A stretch of DNA of 32,000 bases from NCBI GenBank assembly GCA_008080745.1, contig SHMX01000001.1:60001-92000 (forward strand), written 5' to 3'. This document shows, piece after piece, positions 24,644-32,000 of the stretch (position 1 is the first letter of the stretch; every line of letters starts with the position of its first letter). The notes beneath the pieces are model-generated. The model did not search any database. It saw nothing but the letters and a program-made list of their open reading frames with translations, and was not told the DNA's origin. Made by a program: the position numbers and the translations under genes. Source of the stretch: Candidatus Thorarchaeota archaeon (lineage in GTDB: Archaea > Asgardarchaeota > Thorarchaeia > Thorarchaeales > Thorarchaeaceae).

Positions 24644-27397
24644 TTAGTTCTCCTCCTCCATCCTGAGATAGTTATTCCCAATCGTTACAGTCAATTCACA
24701 ATCTTCAATCTCGTAAGTGACTAGGTAAATCAATCCAGGGACCTTGGGATCTCTTAGATATGCCCGAGTTGGTCTTGGTAACAGACGTCCTAATCCCCGC
24801 ATAACAGAATTCATCATGAATTCTAGAAATTCTTCACCAATACTGATGTTGATGCCCTTTGTTGCGTCAGTTCCCTCTGCTGCTAGTTTTTCCAACCGTT
24901 CAGCAAACAAAGACTCCATTTTGTCCTGATGCGTGTCCATCTTCAAGAGCTTCTCATTGAGTAAATCTCGAAGATCGACATAAAGTAACATCTCTTCTGA
25001 AGGTTCTGGCTTCTCTGGAACAGGGTGTTCCGCCTTCAATGGATAATCCTCCTCTATTGCTCTGAGTCTTGGCTCCAATGGGGGAGGCTCTACGGGTTTG
25101 GTTGTGGGTCCAGTTGGCTCAGTAGGTTTTGGAGGGGGTGGAGGAGGTACTTCTACTGTAGGATCAGTCTGTGATTTTTCAACAGCCTTGTCATACTTTC
25201 GTTTCGCCTCTTCGTACTGTGCTGATTTCCATTTGTAATCTTCATGTGCTTTTTTGTATTCTGATTCTTCTTTATCGAATTTTTCTACCTGTGCATGATA
25301 TGCCTTCATTTCTAAATTATATCGGGCACGAGTATCAGCGAGTAGTTCTTGTCTCCGAGCATTATGCTCTCGAATTGGTTTGTTAAGTGCTTCAATTCGG
25401 TCACATTCTGCTTGCCAAGCGTCGACTTTAGTTTGGTATTCCTGTTCTCGAATGGTAGCCTCGTACTCAACTTTGCCAGCAATAGTACGTGCAGTTACAC
25501 CCTCTCCAACCTTGTTATGTACGAAGCGTTGGAGGTCCATCAATTTCGTGGAGAGAGGGGTGGCTTCATCAAATTGAGAATCTAAGGTTGCAATCCATCT
25601 TTTTGCCTCTTCAATCCATTCTTCTGGTTTTTCCTCTTGAGCATCAAGAATTATCCTTAATTCCTGAATTAGCTTGGCATCCTCATTGCGTATCTTGGAT
25701 ATTATTCTCCGAATCAATGGTTTGGAGAGAAGTGTATCCGCGATATCGGGGATGATATCAGCTACCAGATTTTCGAATTTTATAAGTAAAGCATCTAACT
25801 TTTGTCCCCAATCAGATAGTTTGACCTCATCAGCAGATGAATCCTCAGCATGGGTAAGAATAATTTCTGCACGTGTGATGTTAGCTATATCTGCAAATTT
25901 TATCAGAGACCAAATGTCAATTTCTTTGAAGGCATTAGACATGTCACGAGCAATGATTTGCATTAAAGTTCCGAAGTCATCTTCACGAGAACCCTCGAAC
26001 GCCTTCCTGTCAAATACCGCATTTAATTGGAGATATAATTCACTGTAGAATTTTTCGAACAACATTACATCCATTTCATCAGTTGTGTTTCCTGTGTTCT
26101 CTGAACGGAATTCCTGCATAGCCGCAAAGAAGACTTTCCTAGCAGCAGTTACAACAATATACTGTCCAAGTTCTTCAGCAAAGTATTGAGAAACACGTTT
26201 ACAATAAGCCAAGAAGTAACGGAATACACTCTTTAATTGCCAAGCACGTATTTGCCCAATGATGGGCATTTCGCGCTTTCCGGATTCCACAATCTCCTCA
26301 GCTAGTCCTTTAGCAAAATCCTTCTCGATACCCTCAAGACGATGTCCATTCAGACGGATATCTTCAAGCAATGTTTCTAGATGTTTATCCAAAGTGAGTT
26401 GTTTTCCAGAGGTGATATGAGCCTCGACTATTTCAGAAAATACTTCAACGGCGTTTACCAAGTGCTCAACAAAATCCGACGCCTTAGATCTCAAGTCAGA
26501 TAACTCGTCTACAGTCACTACTCCTGTTCCGATATATTTGCTCAGAGATTCTATTGCAGTTCGAGCGATATCAACCTCTTCAGCACTATATGCATAGGTG
26601 TTAACTTCAGCAAGTATTGCACGTCCAATTTCTGGAACTTTATGAGCTAGAGTATGTATTGCTGTTGGAGTAAGAATTCTATGTCTGAAATGGTTAACAA
26701 TAAGATCTTCAGAGCCCTCCGGAAGAAGTAATTCGTGGCTTAGTCTTTTTATGATTTTAGGTCCTGGGGGTAACATTGTGAAATCATCACTATAACTCAA
26801 CTTGATAATTGCCTCGTTATCCACATGTTCTGGCTTTAGTACTAAAGAATCCCAAGAACCTTGGAACTGTCGATCCATCATCTGGACATAGATTACATTA
26901 TTGAAACGATCATTGAATCTCCGTAAGACAGTAAGCCCATCAGTGTCATAACTGACATCATTTTCAACAATGGCTTGTTCGATGTCAGAGATTTTTTTCG
27001 CAAGCTTTTTCATGTGGTCGTCAATTTTGAAGGGATCAACAACACCCTTTTCCCAGCTCAATACACAGACATGTGCACCAACACCTTCAGATTGACCACC
27101 AGAGATAATGAGTTCCTCAGGTAAAACATCCGGTCCAGGTACTTGGTCCAACTCCCACTCAACTGAGAGAAGTTCTAGTCCTTCAGAGTTGAGGACACCA
27201 TCTCGAATAAGGAATATTAGTGGAGTTATATTCAAGGCAACAGTATCTGAATTTTGTTGCATCATGCTTCCAGACCCAATGGCACTACCCAATGGGAATC
27301 CTTGACTTGTTGTAGATCCCAGAACAGATGCTGATGCCATTCGAATTGCTTCCACAGTGCTCGGTGTCTGAATTTTACTTTTTTCAGCTCGCGCCAT
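24644..27397 (-). CDS. Large hypothetical protein (about 917 aa) with a coiled-coil and proline-rich insert
   Basis: Uninterrupted ORF; ATG 27397 follows GGAGG. Charged heptads at about 25170-25470 are followed by VPPPPPPKPTEPTGPTTKPVEPPPLEP (about 25070-25155). Confidence 0.8.
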   Translation of the reverse strand: MARAEKSKIQTPSTVEAIRMASASVLGSTTSQGFPLGSAIGSGSMMQQNSDTVALNITPLIFLIRDGVLNSEGLELLSVEWELDQVPGPDVLPEELIISGGQSEGVGAHVCVLSWEKGVVDPFKIDDHMKKLAKKISDIEQAIVENDVSYDTDGLTVLRRFNDRFNNVIYVQMMDRQFQGSWDSLVLKPEHVDNEAIIKLSYSDDFTMLPPGPKIIKRLSHELLLPEGSEDLIVNHFRHRILTPTAIHTLAHKVPEIGRAILAEVNTYAYSAEEVDIARTAIESLSKYIGTGVVTVDELSDLRSKASDFVEHLVNAVEVFSEIVEAHITSGKQLTLDKHLETLLEDIRLNGHRLEGIEKDFAKGLAEEIVESGKREMPIIGQIRAWQLKSVFRYFLAYCKRVSQYFAEELGQYIVVTAARKVFFAAMQEFRSENTGNTTDEMDVMLFEKFYSELYLQLNAVFDRKAFEGSREDDFGTLMQIIARDMSNAFKEIDIWSLIKFADIANITRAEIILTHAEDSSADEVKLSDWGQKLDALLIKFENLVADIIPDIADTLLSKPLIRRIISKIRNEDAKLIQELRIILDAQEEKPEEWIEEAKRWIATLDSQFDEATPLSTKLMDLQRFVHNKVGEGVTARTIAGKVEYEATIREQEYQTKVDAWQAECDRIEALNKPIREHNARRQELLADTRARYNLEMKAYHAQVEKFDKEESEYKKAHEDYKWKSAQYEEAKRKYDKAVEKSQTDPTVEVPPPPPPKPTEPTGPTTKPVEPPPLEPRLRAIEEDYPLKAEHPVPEKPEPSEEMLLYVDLRDLLNEKLLKMDTHQDKMESLFAERLEKLAAEGTDATKGINISIGEEFLEFMMNSVMRGLGRLLPRPTRAYLRDPKVPGLIYLVTYEIEDCELTVTIGNNYLRMEEEN

Positions 27398-27520
27398 ATT
27401 CAAGCCTCCAATGTAAGGAGTATTCATCTATATTCTAAGGGAGCGGCAATTTCACATGAATTGGTCCCAGACTGACATATTGGAGACCTGTCTTTTGAAC
27501 TTAGCTGGGTCGAACTTGAA

Positions 27521-28471
27521 TTACACAGCGTACCAAATACCATCTTTCTCTTTCACCAAACCAGCCTTTTTTAGACTATTAAGAGTCACTTCCAAGGTGG
27601 TTGGTAATAGAGCGTCCAATGCTTCTGGAATGGGCACACTTCTTGATACCTCAATATCATAGACCAATTGCTCGATATCAGAATCCCCTCTTGCTTTGAT
27701 GAGTCGTAAAACAGTATCTTGGAAATGATTCACTCCATTTCGTGCTTCTTTGATCTGCAGAGAAACCTCTCCAAACAGATGAGGAATATCATGAGCAGGA
27801 AGAAGATAATCTATGTCCATTCGTGTCATTTTGTCCAAGGCGGTCCCGCGGTCAGCAATGTCTCCACTTAAATCCAAGTAGAATTTTTGTGGCTCATTTG
27901 GAAAATTATTTACTTCATCTCCCGAAAATAGTATCTTATTTTTTGATTCATAAAATACGCAGTGTCCTGCAGAGTGACCTCCGGTATGGATGACTTTCAG
28001 TTCAAAATCGCCAATCTTGATTGTTTCTTTATCATGAAAGATATGGTCTGGTTCAGCTGCTCTATAATTGACCCTAAGAGGCCCCTTCTCAAGTTTCATA
28101 GCTAATCGCCCAGCTAAATCTAGTCTGAGTCGTTCTTTAATAAAGAGAGAGGGGTCTTTCAGAAGTTTTGCATCGCTCTCGTGAATCATAATGGACGCAC
28201 CTGTTTTTTTCCTAAGAAGTCCAGCACCCCCAACATGGTCTGGATGTCCATGTGTGCAGATAATAGCTGTCACATCGTTTTTCGGATTGAGGCCTAGTTG
28301 CTTGATGTGTTTGATAATATCTTCTCCAGGATCTCCTGCAGTTCCGGGATCAATCACAGCTGATACGCCATTATTGACTACAATATAGCTAGATAGATAT
28401 CCAAAATCATCTACATACTTACCACGAATTCTAAACACACCTGGTACAATCTCTGAAGATGACATAATCAT
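27521..28471 (-). CDS. MBL-fold metallo-hydrolase (glyoxalase II-like) with a C-terminal winged-helix-like extension
   Basis: IDPG, THGHPDHVGG (HxHxDH), GHSAGH, FSGD, LPAH. The C-terminus ends TLNSLKKAGLVKEKDGIW. Confidence 0.92.
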   Translation of the reverse strand: MIMSSSEIVPGVFRIRGKYVDDFGYLSSYIVVNNGVSAVIDPGTAGDPGEDIIKHIKQLGLNPKNDVTAIICTHGHPDHVGGAGLLRKKTGASIMIHESDAKLLKDPSLFIKERLRLDLAGRLAMKLEKGPLRVNYRAAEPDHIFHDKETIKIGDFELKVIHTGGHSAGHCVFYESKNKILFSGDEVNNFPNEPQKFYLDLSGDIADRGTALDKMTRMDIDYLLPAHDIPHLFGEVSLQIKEARNGVNHFQDTVLRLIKARGDSDIEQLVYDIEVSRSVPIPEALDALLPTTLEVTLNSLKKAGLVKEKDGIWYAV

Positions 28472-28537
28472 CTAATGGTTTCAACTCAATGCTTATGATA
28501 ATATCGCCTACTATCTCATTTGTGACTGGTGAATAAT

Positions 28538-29545
28538 ATGAACATTGATGATGTTCTGAGAGTGCTAGAAGATGTTAGACTGGACCTCAGTATGAATAGA
28601 GGAATAACTCCCCATTTGACTCAAATACATGAGGATAATGAGGGAAATCTACATATTGTAGCCTCTGATAGGGCAGAAAAAAGCCTACTCATCGGTCCAA
28701 GAGGCAGAATTGTAGCAGAGATTGCAAAACGAGTGGAGAGGTCGATTTCAATCTATAGTCAAGATGAGCTATTAGTTAGAAAACATAGGTTGGACTTGAC
28801 AAAAGATAGAATCAGAGAACTATTGCCAAAAGCAAGTACAACTCATAGCAAGATTTTGGATATTCTGATGTACCAGTTGGGAGACGAACCATATTTATTC
28901 GAACAGAAAATACATCGAAAATATCATCTTGAGAAGAGAGGAGTAAGTGTGGCTTTCTCAGGGGGTGTCGATAGTGGGGCCAGCCTGATTCTTGCCCAGA
29001 AAATGGGACTTAATCCCACGGCAATCACTGTGAACCCAGGAAAGAGATTCTTGGGACCCCATATCAAAAAATGGATACAAAAATGGTGTCAACAAATGGA
29101 GATTCCTCTGATTATCATTGATAGCCAGAAAGAGATGAGCGAAATATTGGGAAAGGTATCTGAAGGAAAAATTCACCCCTGTAACTTATGCCATGAAATC
29201 ACAATGAATGCAGCTTTCTCCGAAGCGAAGAAGAGAAATTTTCACACTATCATCTCCGGAGAAATGCTTCCCACAGGAAGACAATCCCTCCTTATTCAGA
29301 ACGATATACTCAAGATACATCTGCCAGCAGCATTAGCTCTAACAAAACACGACACGGTAAAAATTTGTACACCTTACTCTTTCATAGGATCAAATTCTTT
29401 CGGATGTCATGTTGTTGAAGAAGCACATCAACAGAGATTTGGAATAAGAGAGGCTTCTGTTTTCAGAGTGCTCCGTGAACTTCAAGCAGGGGTTCTTTCA
29501 ACAGGACAAGCTTTGACGTACATTAAAAAAATACTAAAGAAATGA
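28538..29545 (+). CDS. KH-like domain + PP-loop ATPase (archaeal COG1365-type predicted ATPase)
   Basis: SDRAEKSLLIGPRGRIV (KH GxxG-like), VAFSGGVDS (PP-loop), HPCNLCH, FGC, FRVLRELQAG. ATG 28538 follows GGTGA. Confidence 0.75.
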   Translation: MNIDDVLRVLEDVRLDLSMNRGITPHLTQIHEDNEGNLHIVASDRAEKSLLIGPRGRIVAEIAKRVERSISIYSQDELLVRKHRLDLTKDRIRELLPKASTTHSKILDILMYQLGDEPYLFEQKIHRKYHLEKRGVSVAFSGGVDSGASLILAQKMGLNPTAITVNPGKRFLGPHIKKWIQKWCQQMEIPLIIIDSQKEMSEILGKVSEGKIHPCNLCHEITMNAAFSEAKKRNFHTIISGEMLPTGRQSLLIQNDILKIHLPAALALTKHDTVKICTPYSFIGSNSFGCHVVEEAHQQRFGIREASVFRVLRELQAGVLSTGQALTYIKKILKK

Positions 29546-29600
29546 GACAACTCACTATGAGGATTGGACGGGTATATTTTCTCGAAAGGAGTTCGCTAAT

Positions 29601-30065
29601 GTGAAGGGAGTCTATGCTATCATTGCGGATATTGATAAAACTTGGAAATTAAATGTTGGAAAATTAGGATTTATTTCGCTTTCTCCTGGAACATATGTAT
29701 ATGCGGGTTCTGCAATGGGGACGGGTTCAACAAGCTTGGAGAACCGAATAAAAAGACATTTTTCGCCAATCAAGACGATTCATTGGCACATAGATTATCT
29801 TATTGAGAAAGCCACATCAATTCAGGCATGGTACGCTGAATCAGATGTAAAAAGGGAATGTGAACTTTCTCAGGCAATGGAACAATCGAAGTATTTCAAA
29901 GTGACGATACTTGGTTTTGGATCTTCCGACTGTAGGGAAAGATGCAAATCACACCTCTACCGATATGTTGGTGGTGCAGATATTTTCTCGAATTTAGTAG
30001 AATTTTTCCCAAACCTTGAATCAAAATTCACAACTGATGGAAATATACAAGAAGCAGAAGAATAA
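29601..30065 (+). CDS. GIY-YIG/Uri superfamily endonuclease (DUF123)
   Basis: KGVY...GTYVYAGSA...RIKRH...HWHIDYL...ECEL...GFGSSDC...CxSHL. Confidence 0.9.
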   Translation: MKGVYAIIADIDKTWKLNVGKLGFISLSPGTYVYAGSAMGTGSTSLENRIKRHFSPIKTIHWHIDYLIEKATSIQAWYAESDVKRECELSQAMEQSKYFKVTILGFGSSDCRERCKSHLYRYVGGADIFSNLVEFFPNLESKFTTDGNIQEAEE

Positions 30066-30133
30066 TACGGGCTAAGGAAATATTAAATGGGCTGAATCAT
30101 CAGATTGCTCATTCAATAAAGGGGTAAATCATA

Positions 30134-30346
30134 ATGACAAACTGGAATCAGATTTTATCAGACTTGAAACAGTCGGGACAAGTATTCACAATCTATCTAA
30201 GATACATGCAAAAAGATACTCTGGCTAAAATTAGAGATGTTCGAGTGTCAGAAGTGTTTCAGGACCATGTCAAGCTAGAAAACGAGTCAGGTTTTGGTAT
30301 CTTGAGCTTTGACGATATTCTGTATCTATCAATACCTAAGAGATAG
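30134..30346 (+). CDS. Small protein (70 aa), possible Sm/Hfq-like beta-barrel
   Basis: An N-terminal helix followed by five predicted strands, paralleling Hfq (ILSDLKQSGQVFTIYL vs FLNALRRERVPVSIYL). GGGGT precedes the ATG. The ORF is well supported; the fold is tentative. Confidence 0.65.
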   Translation: MTNWNQILSDLKQSGQVFTIYLRYMQKDTLAKIRDVRVSEVFQDHVKLENESGFGILSFDDILYLSIPKR

Positions 30347-30432
30347 AATAACCACATAAAGCATCACGCGCACATTTAATACCAAAAATATGTAAAGCTG
30401 GACTGATTAATAGGTGTATAGAGGTCGTTATA

Positions 30433-31392
30433 GTGAGTAATCTAGTTTTAATCCCCATTGAAGGTGAGCGTACCCTTTTAGAAAGAGAAGAGCATATCAT
30501 CACCAATTACCGAGTTATTCAGAGAGATCGTGGTTCAAACACCTCTGTTGGAATCCCATTGCATGTCATTCGTGAATACAAACTGACCTCTCGTTCGGGA
30601 ATGTTCAAGGTGGTTAATGGTATTATTAATGTGATAGGTGCTATGCCCCAAAAAGAGGCACTACGTGGTGCTCTTGGACTGCGAGAATTCGATAGATTAC
30701 GAGTTGGCGACCAGCGAAAATTATGTGAGATGTCCGGTCTTGCCTTTGTTCATCCGGACTATCCTTACGGTAGATGGGCAACAATAGGATATCACCGACC
30801 ATTCTCTCAGCATTTCTATCAGGAATTTGCATGGATACGAGGAGAAAATGTTTTCACTTATTATCCAAATTCATTCATTCTCACAAACTATCGATTATAT
30901 CAGAAAGATGAGAAACGAAGAAAACTCTATATCTTTCCCCTCCATATGGTCGAAACCTTTGAGGCAAAAGGCAACAAAATCAGAATCAAAGCAACATCTG
31001 GAAAATTTGAGATAAAGGGAAAGGTGCCACGACAAGACCATATGTTGCGAGTATGGCAAATGCGTGCGTGGGATACCTTACCAAAAGAACATCTCGATTG
31101 GTTAATCAGACCTTATGATTTCATTCAAGCAAGACACCCACTTTCTCAATACTCGATTAGCGACAGCGCTGCAATAGACAGATCATTTGTTGCAACCGAA
31201 ACAAAAGAAGAGATGGAAGTGGCATCAGGTAGTAAAGGTGAACACACTGTATTCGTAAAACCAGTCATAAAGGACAGATGTACGAATTGTAACGCCCCAC
31301 TCTCCTGGGAGCAAATCGATTGGGTGGGTCCTGATCAATATCAATGTCCAAGCTGTGGAGCAACACATCGCGTGGATTATGTTAGAATGTAG
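30433..31392 (+). CDS. Tandem PH-like (bPH/GRAM/GLUE-type) domain protein with a C-terminal zinc ribbon
   Basis: Internal duplication IITNYRVIQRD...IPLHVIREY / ILTNYRLYQKD...FPLHMVETF. C-terminal CTNCNAPL...YQCPSCG. GTG start follows GAGGT. Confidence 0.7.
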   Translation: MSNLVLIPIEGERTLLEREEHIITNYRVIQRDRGSNTSVGIPLHVIREYKLTSRSGMFKVVNGIINVIGAMPQKEALRGALGLREFDRLRVGDQRKLCEMSGLAFVHPDYPYGRWATIGYHRPFSQHFYQEFAWIRGENVFTYYPNSFILTNYRLYQKDEKRRKLYIFPLHMVETFEAKGNKIRIKATSGKFEIKGKVPRQDHMLRVWQMRAWDTLPKEHLDWLIRPYDFIQARHPLSQYSISDSAAIDRSFVATETKEEMEVASGSKGEHTVFVKPVIKDRCTNCNAPLSWEQIDWVGPDQYQCPSCGATHRVDYVRM

Positions 31393-31404
31393 TATGCTTT
31401 ATGT

Positions 31405-31998
31405 TTACACATTCAAACGAGTCCAATTCAGAGATAGCTTATGTAGTGTTTCATCGGTGGGTAATCCGCTCTCGCGATTCCACCCTCTCAGACGATAATA
31501 GTCATCTAACATAGGTTCTAAATCAACAGTCTGTCCCTTTCCAGGTCCTTCAGGCATCGGTTCATCAGTAAATCGCTTTGGAAGTGTATCATCAGACCTA
31601 GATATCCCTTCTCTAGCATTGAATAAACGTTTTAGAGTAACCTGTCTTTCAGCAATAAGAGTGAGATTATCTTCATCACCAAGAGATTGAATACCAGTAG
31701 CAAGAGGTAACAGTTTCGCAAAATCTTTCATCCAGAAAATAGGAGGCCATGATACCGAATACCAGCAAACAATCAGAGTATCTCTGATACAATATGCGTT
31801 CTCGGTTTCAACAACCGCTGTTGCTTTGTATTTTTCGACATAAGGATTGAGAATTTCAGGAAGAGTGTGTGCACCCCATCGTTCCGTAGCTACATCTTCG
31901 TATCCTAGTTGATCTACTACGACTAGACTTCGCAAATGATCTGCACCTCGTGCACCAGTGGCATGAGAAAGTCCAATACTGCGGTGGGTACGACCGTC
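31405..31998 (-). CDS. aor: Tungsten aldehyde:ferredoxin oxidoreductase family protein, C-terminal part (5'-truncated by the window edge)
   Basis: The frame is open to the window end (GLSHATGARGADHLRS). Motifs DTLIVC, ERxxTLxRLFNAREG, DTLPKRF, MLDDYYRLRGW, GLPTxETL. Confidence 0.93.
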   Translation of the reverse strand, partial: DGRTHRSIGLSHATGARGADHLRSLVVVDQLGYEDVATERWGAHTLPEILNPYVEKYKATAVVETENAYCIRDTLIVCWYSVSWPPIFWMKDFAKLLPLATGIQSLGDEDNLTLIAERQVTLKRLFNAREGISRSDDTLPKRFTDEPMPEGPGKGQTVDLEPMLDDYYRLRGWNRESGLPTDETLHKLSLNWTRLNV

Positions 31999-32000
31999 CT

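Noticed and set aside
23259-26048. Plus-strand ORFs of 60-147 aa inside the two giant genes
   Set aside because: Antisense shadows without motifs or ribosome-binding sites.
27428-27520. Short intergenic stretch with weak GGGAGC/GGTCCC pairing, considered as a tRNA or sRNA
   Set aside because: No T-loop, D-loop or C/D boxes; the pairing is imperfect.
29601-30065. GIY-YIG gene as a homing endonuclease or mobile element
   Set aside because: It matches the short chromosomal DUF123 type with the C-terminal GSSDC..C.SHL motif; no intron, intein or flanking repeats.
31405-31998. Functional link between the AOR fragment and the formaldehyde (Fae) locus
   Set aside because: 10 kb apart with unrelated genes between; substrate specificity cannot be read from the C-terminal fragment.

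Overview
A gene-dense archaeal chromosome window with no transposase, integrase, CRISPR array, rRNA or recognisable tRNA. Archaeal-type GluRS, eS25, an ESCRT-II (Vps22/SNF8-like) domain and a longin-fused Arf-like GTPase point to an Asgard archaeon. Thorarchaeia is my best guess, by inference only. Housekeeping and metabolic genes: hydantoinase/oxoprolinase A (5'-truncated) and B, gltX, GlmU-like nucleotidyltransferase, AlaX, larB, an M20 peptidase, cutA, an MBL hydrolase, a KH/PP-loop ATPase, a DUF123 GIY-YIG nuclease and the 3' end of an aldehyde:ferredoxin oxidoreductase. Most notable observations: (1) two tandem DapA-family aldolase::Fae (formaldehyde-activating enzyme) fusions that lack the DHDPS-specific Arg and show reciprocal loss of catalytic residues, suggesting a heteromeric formaldehyde-channelling aldolase tied to H4MPT C1 metabolism; (2) an unannotated box C/D sRNA at 18053-18124, preceded by a perfect 17-bp palindrome, whose D' guide resembles the eukaryotic snR38 guide; (3) a divergent eukaryotic-signature locus containing a 781-aa Vps22-like fusion, a longin+winged-helix protein, a longin-GTPase and a PEPK-repeat/SHOCT protein; (4) eS25 extended by a charged linker and a helix-hairpin-helix domain; (5) a tandem PH/GLUE-like protein, an Sm/Hfq-like small protein and a Cys-rich protein with an acidic tail ending in Trp. 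All family calls come from motif recognition by eye; no searches were run.
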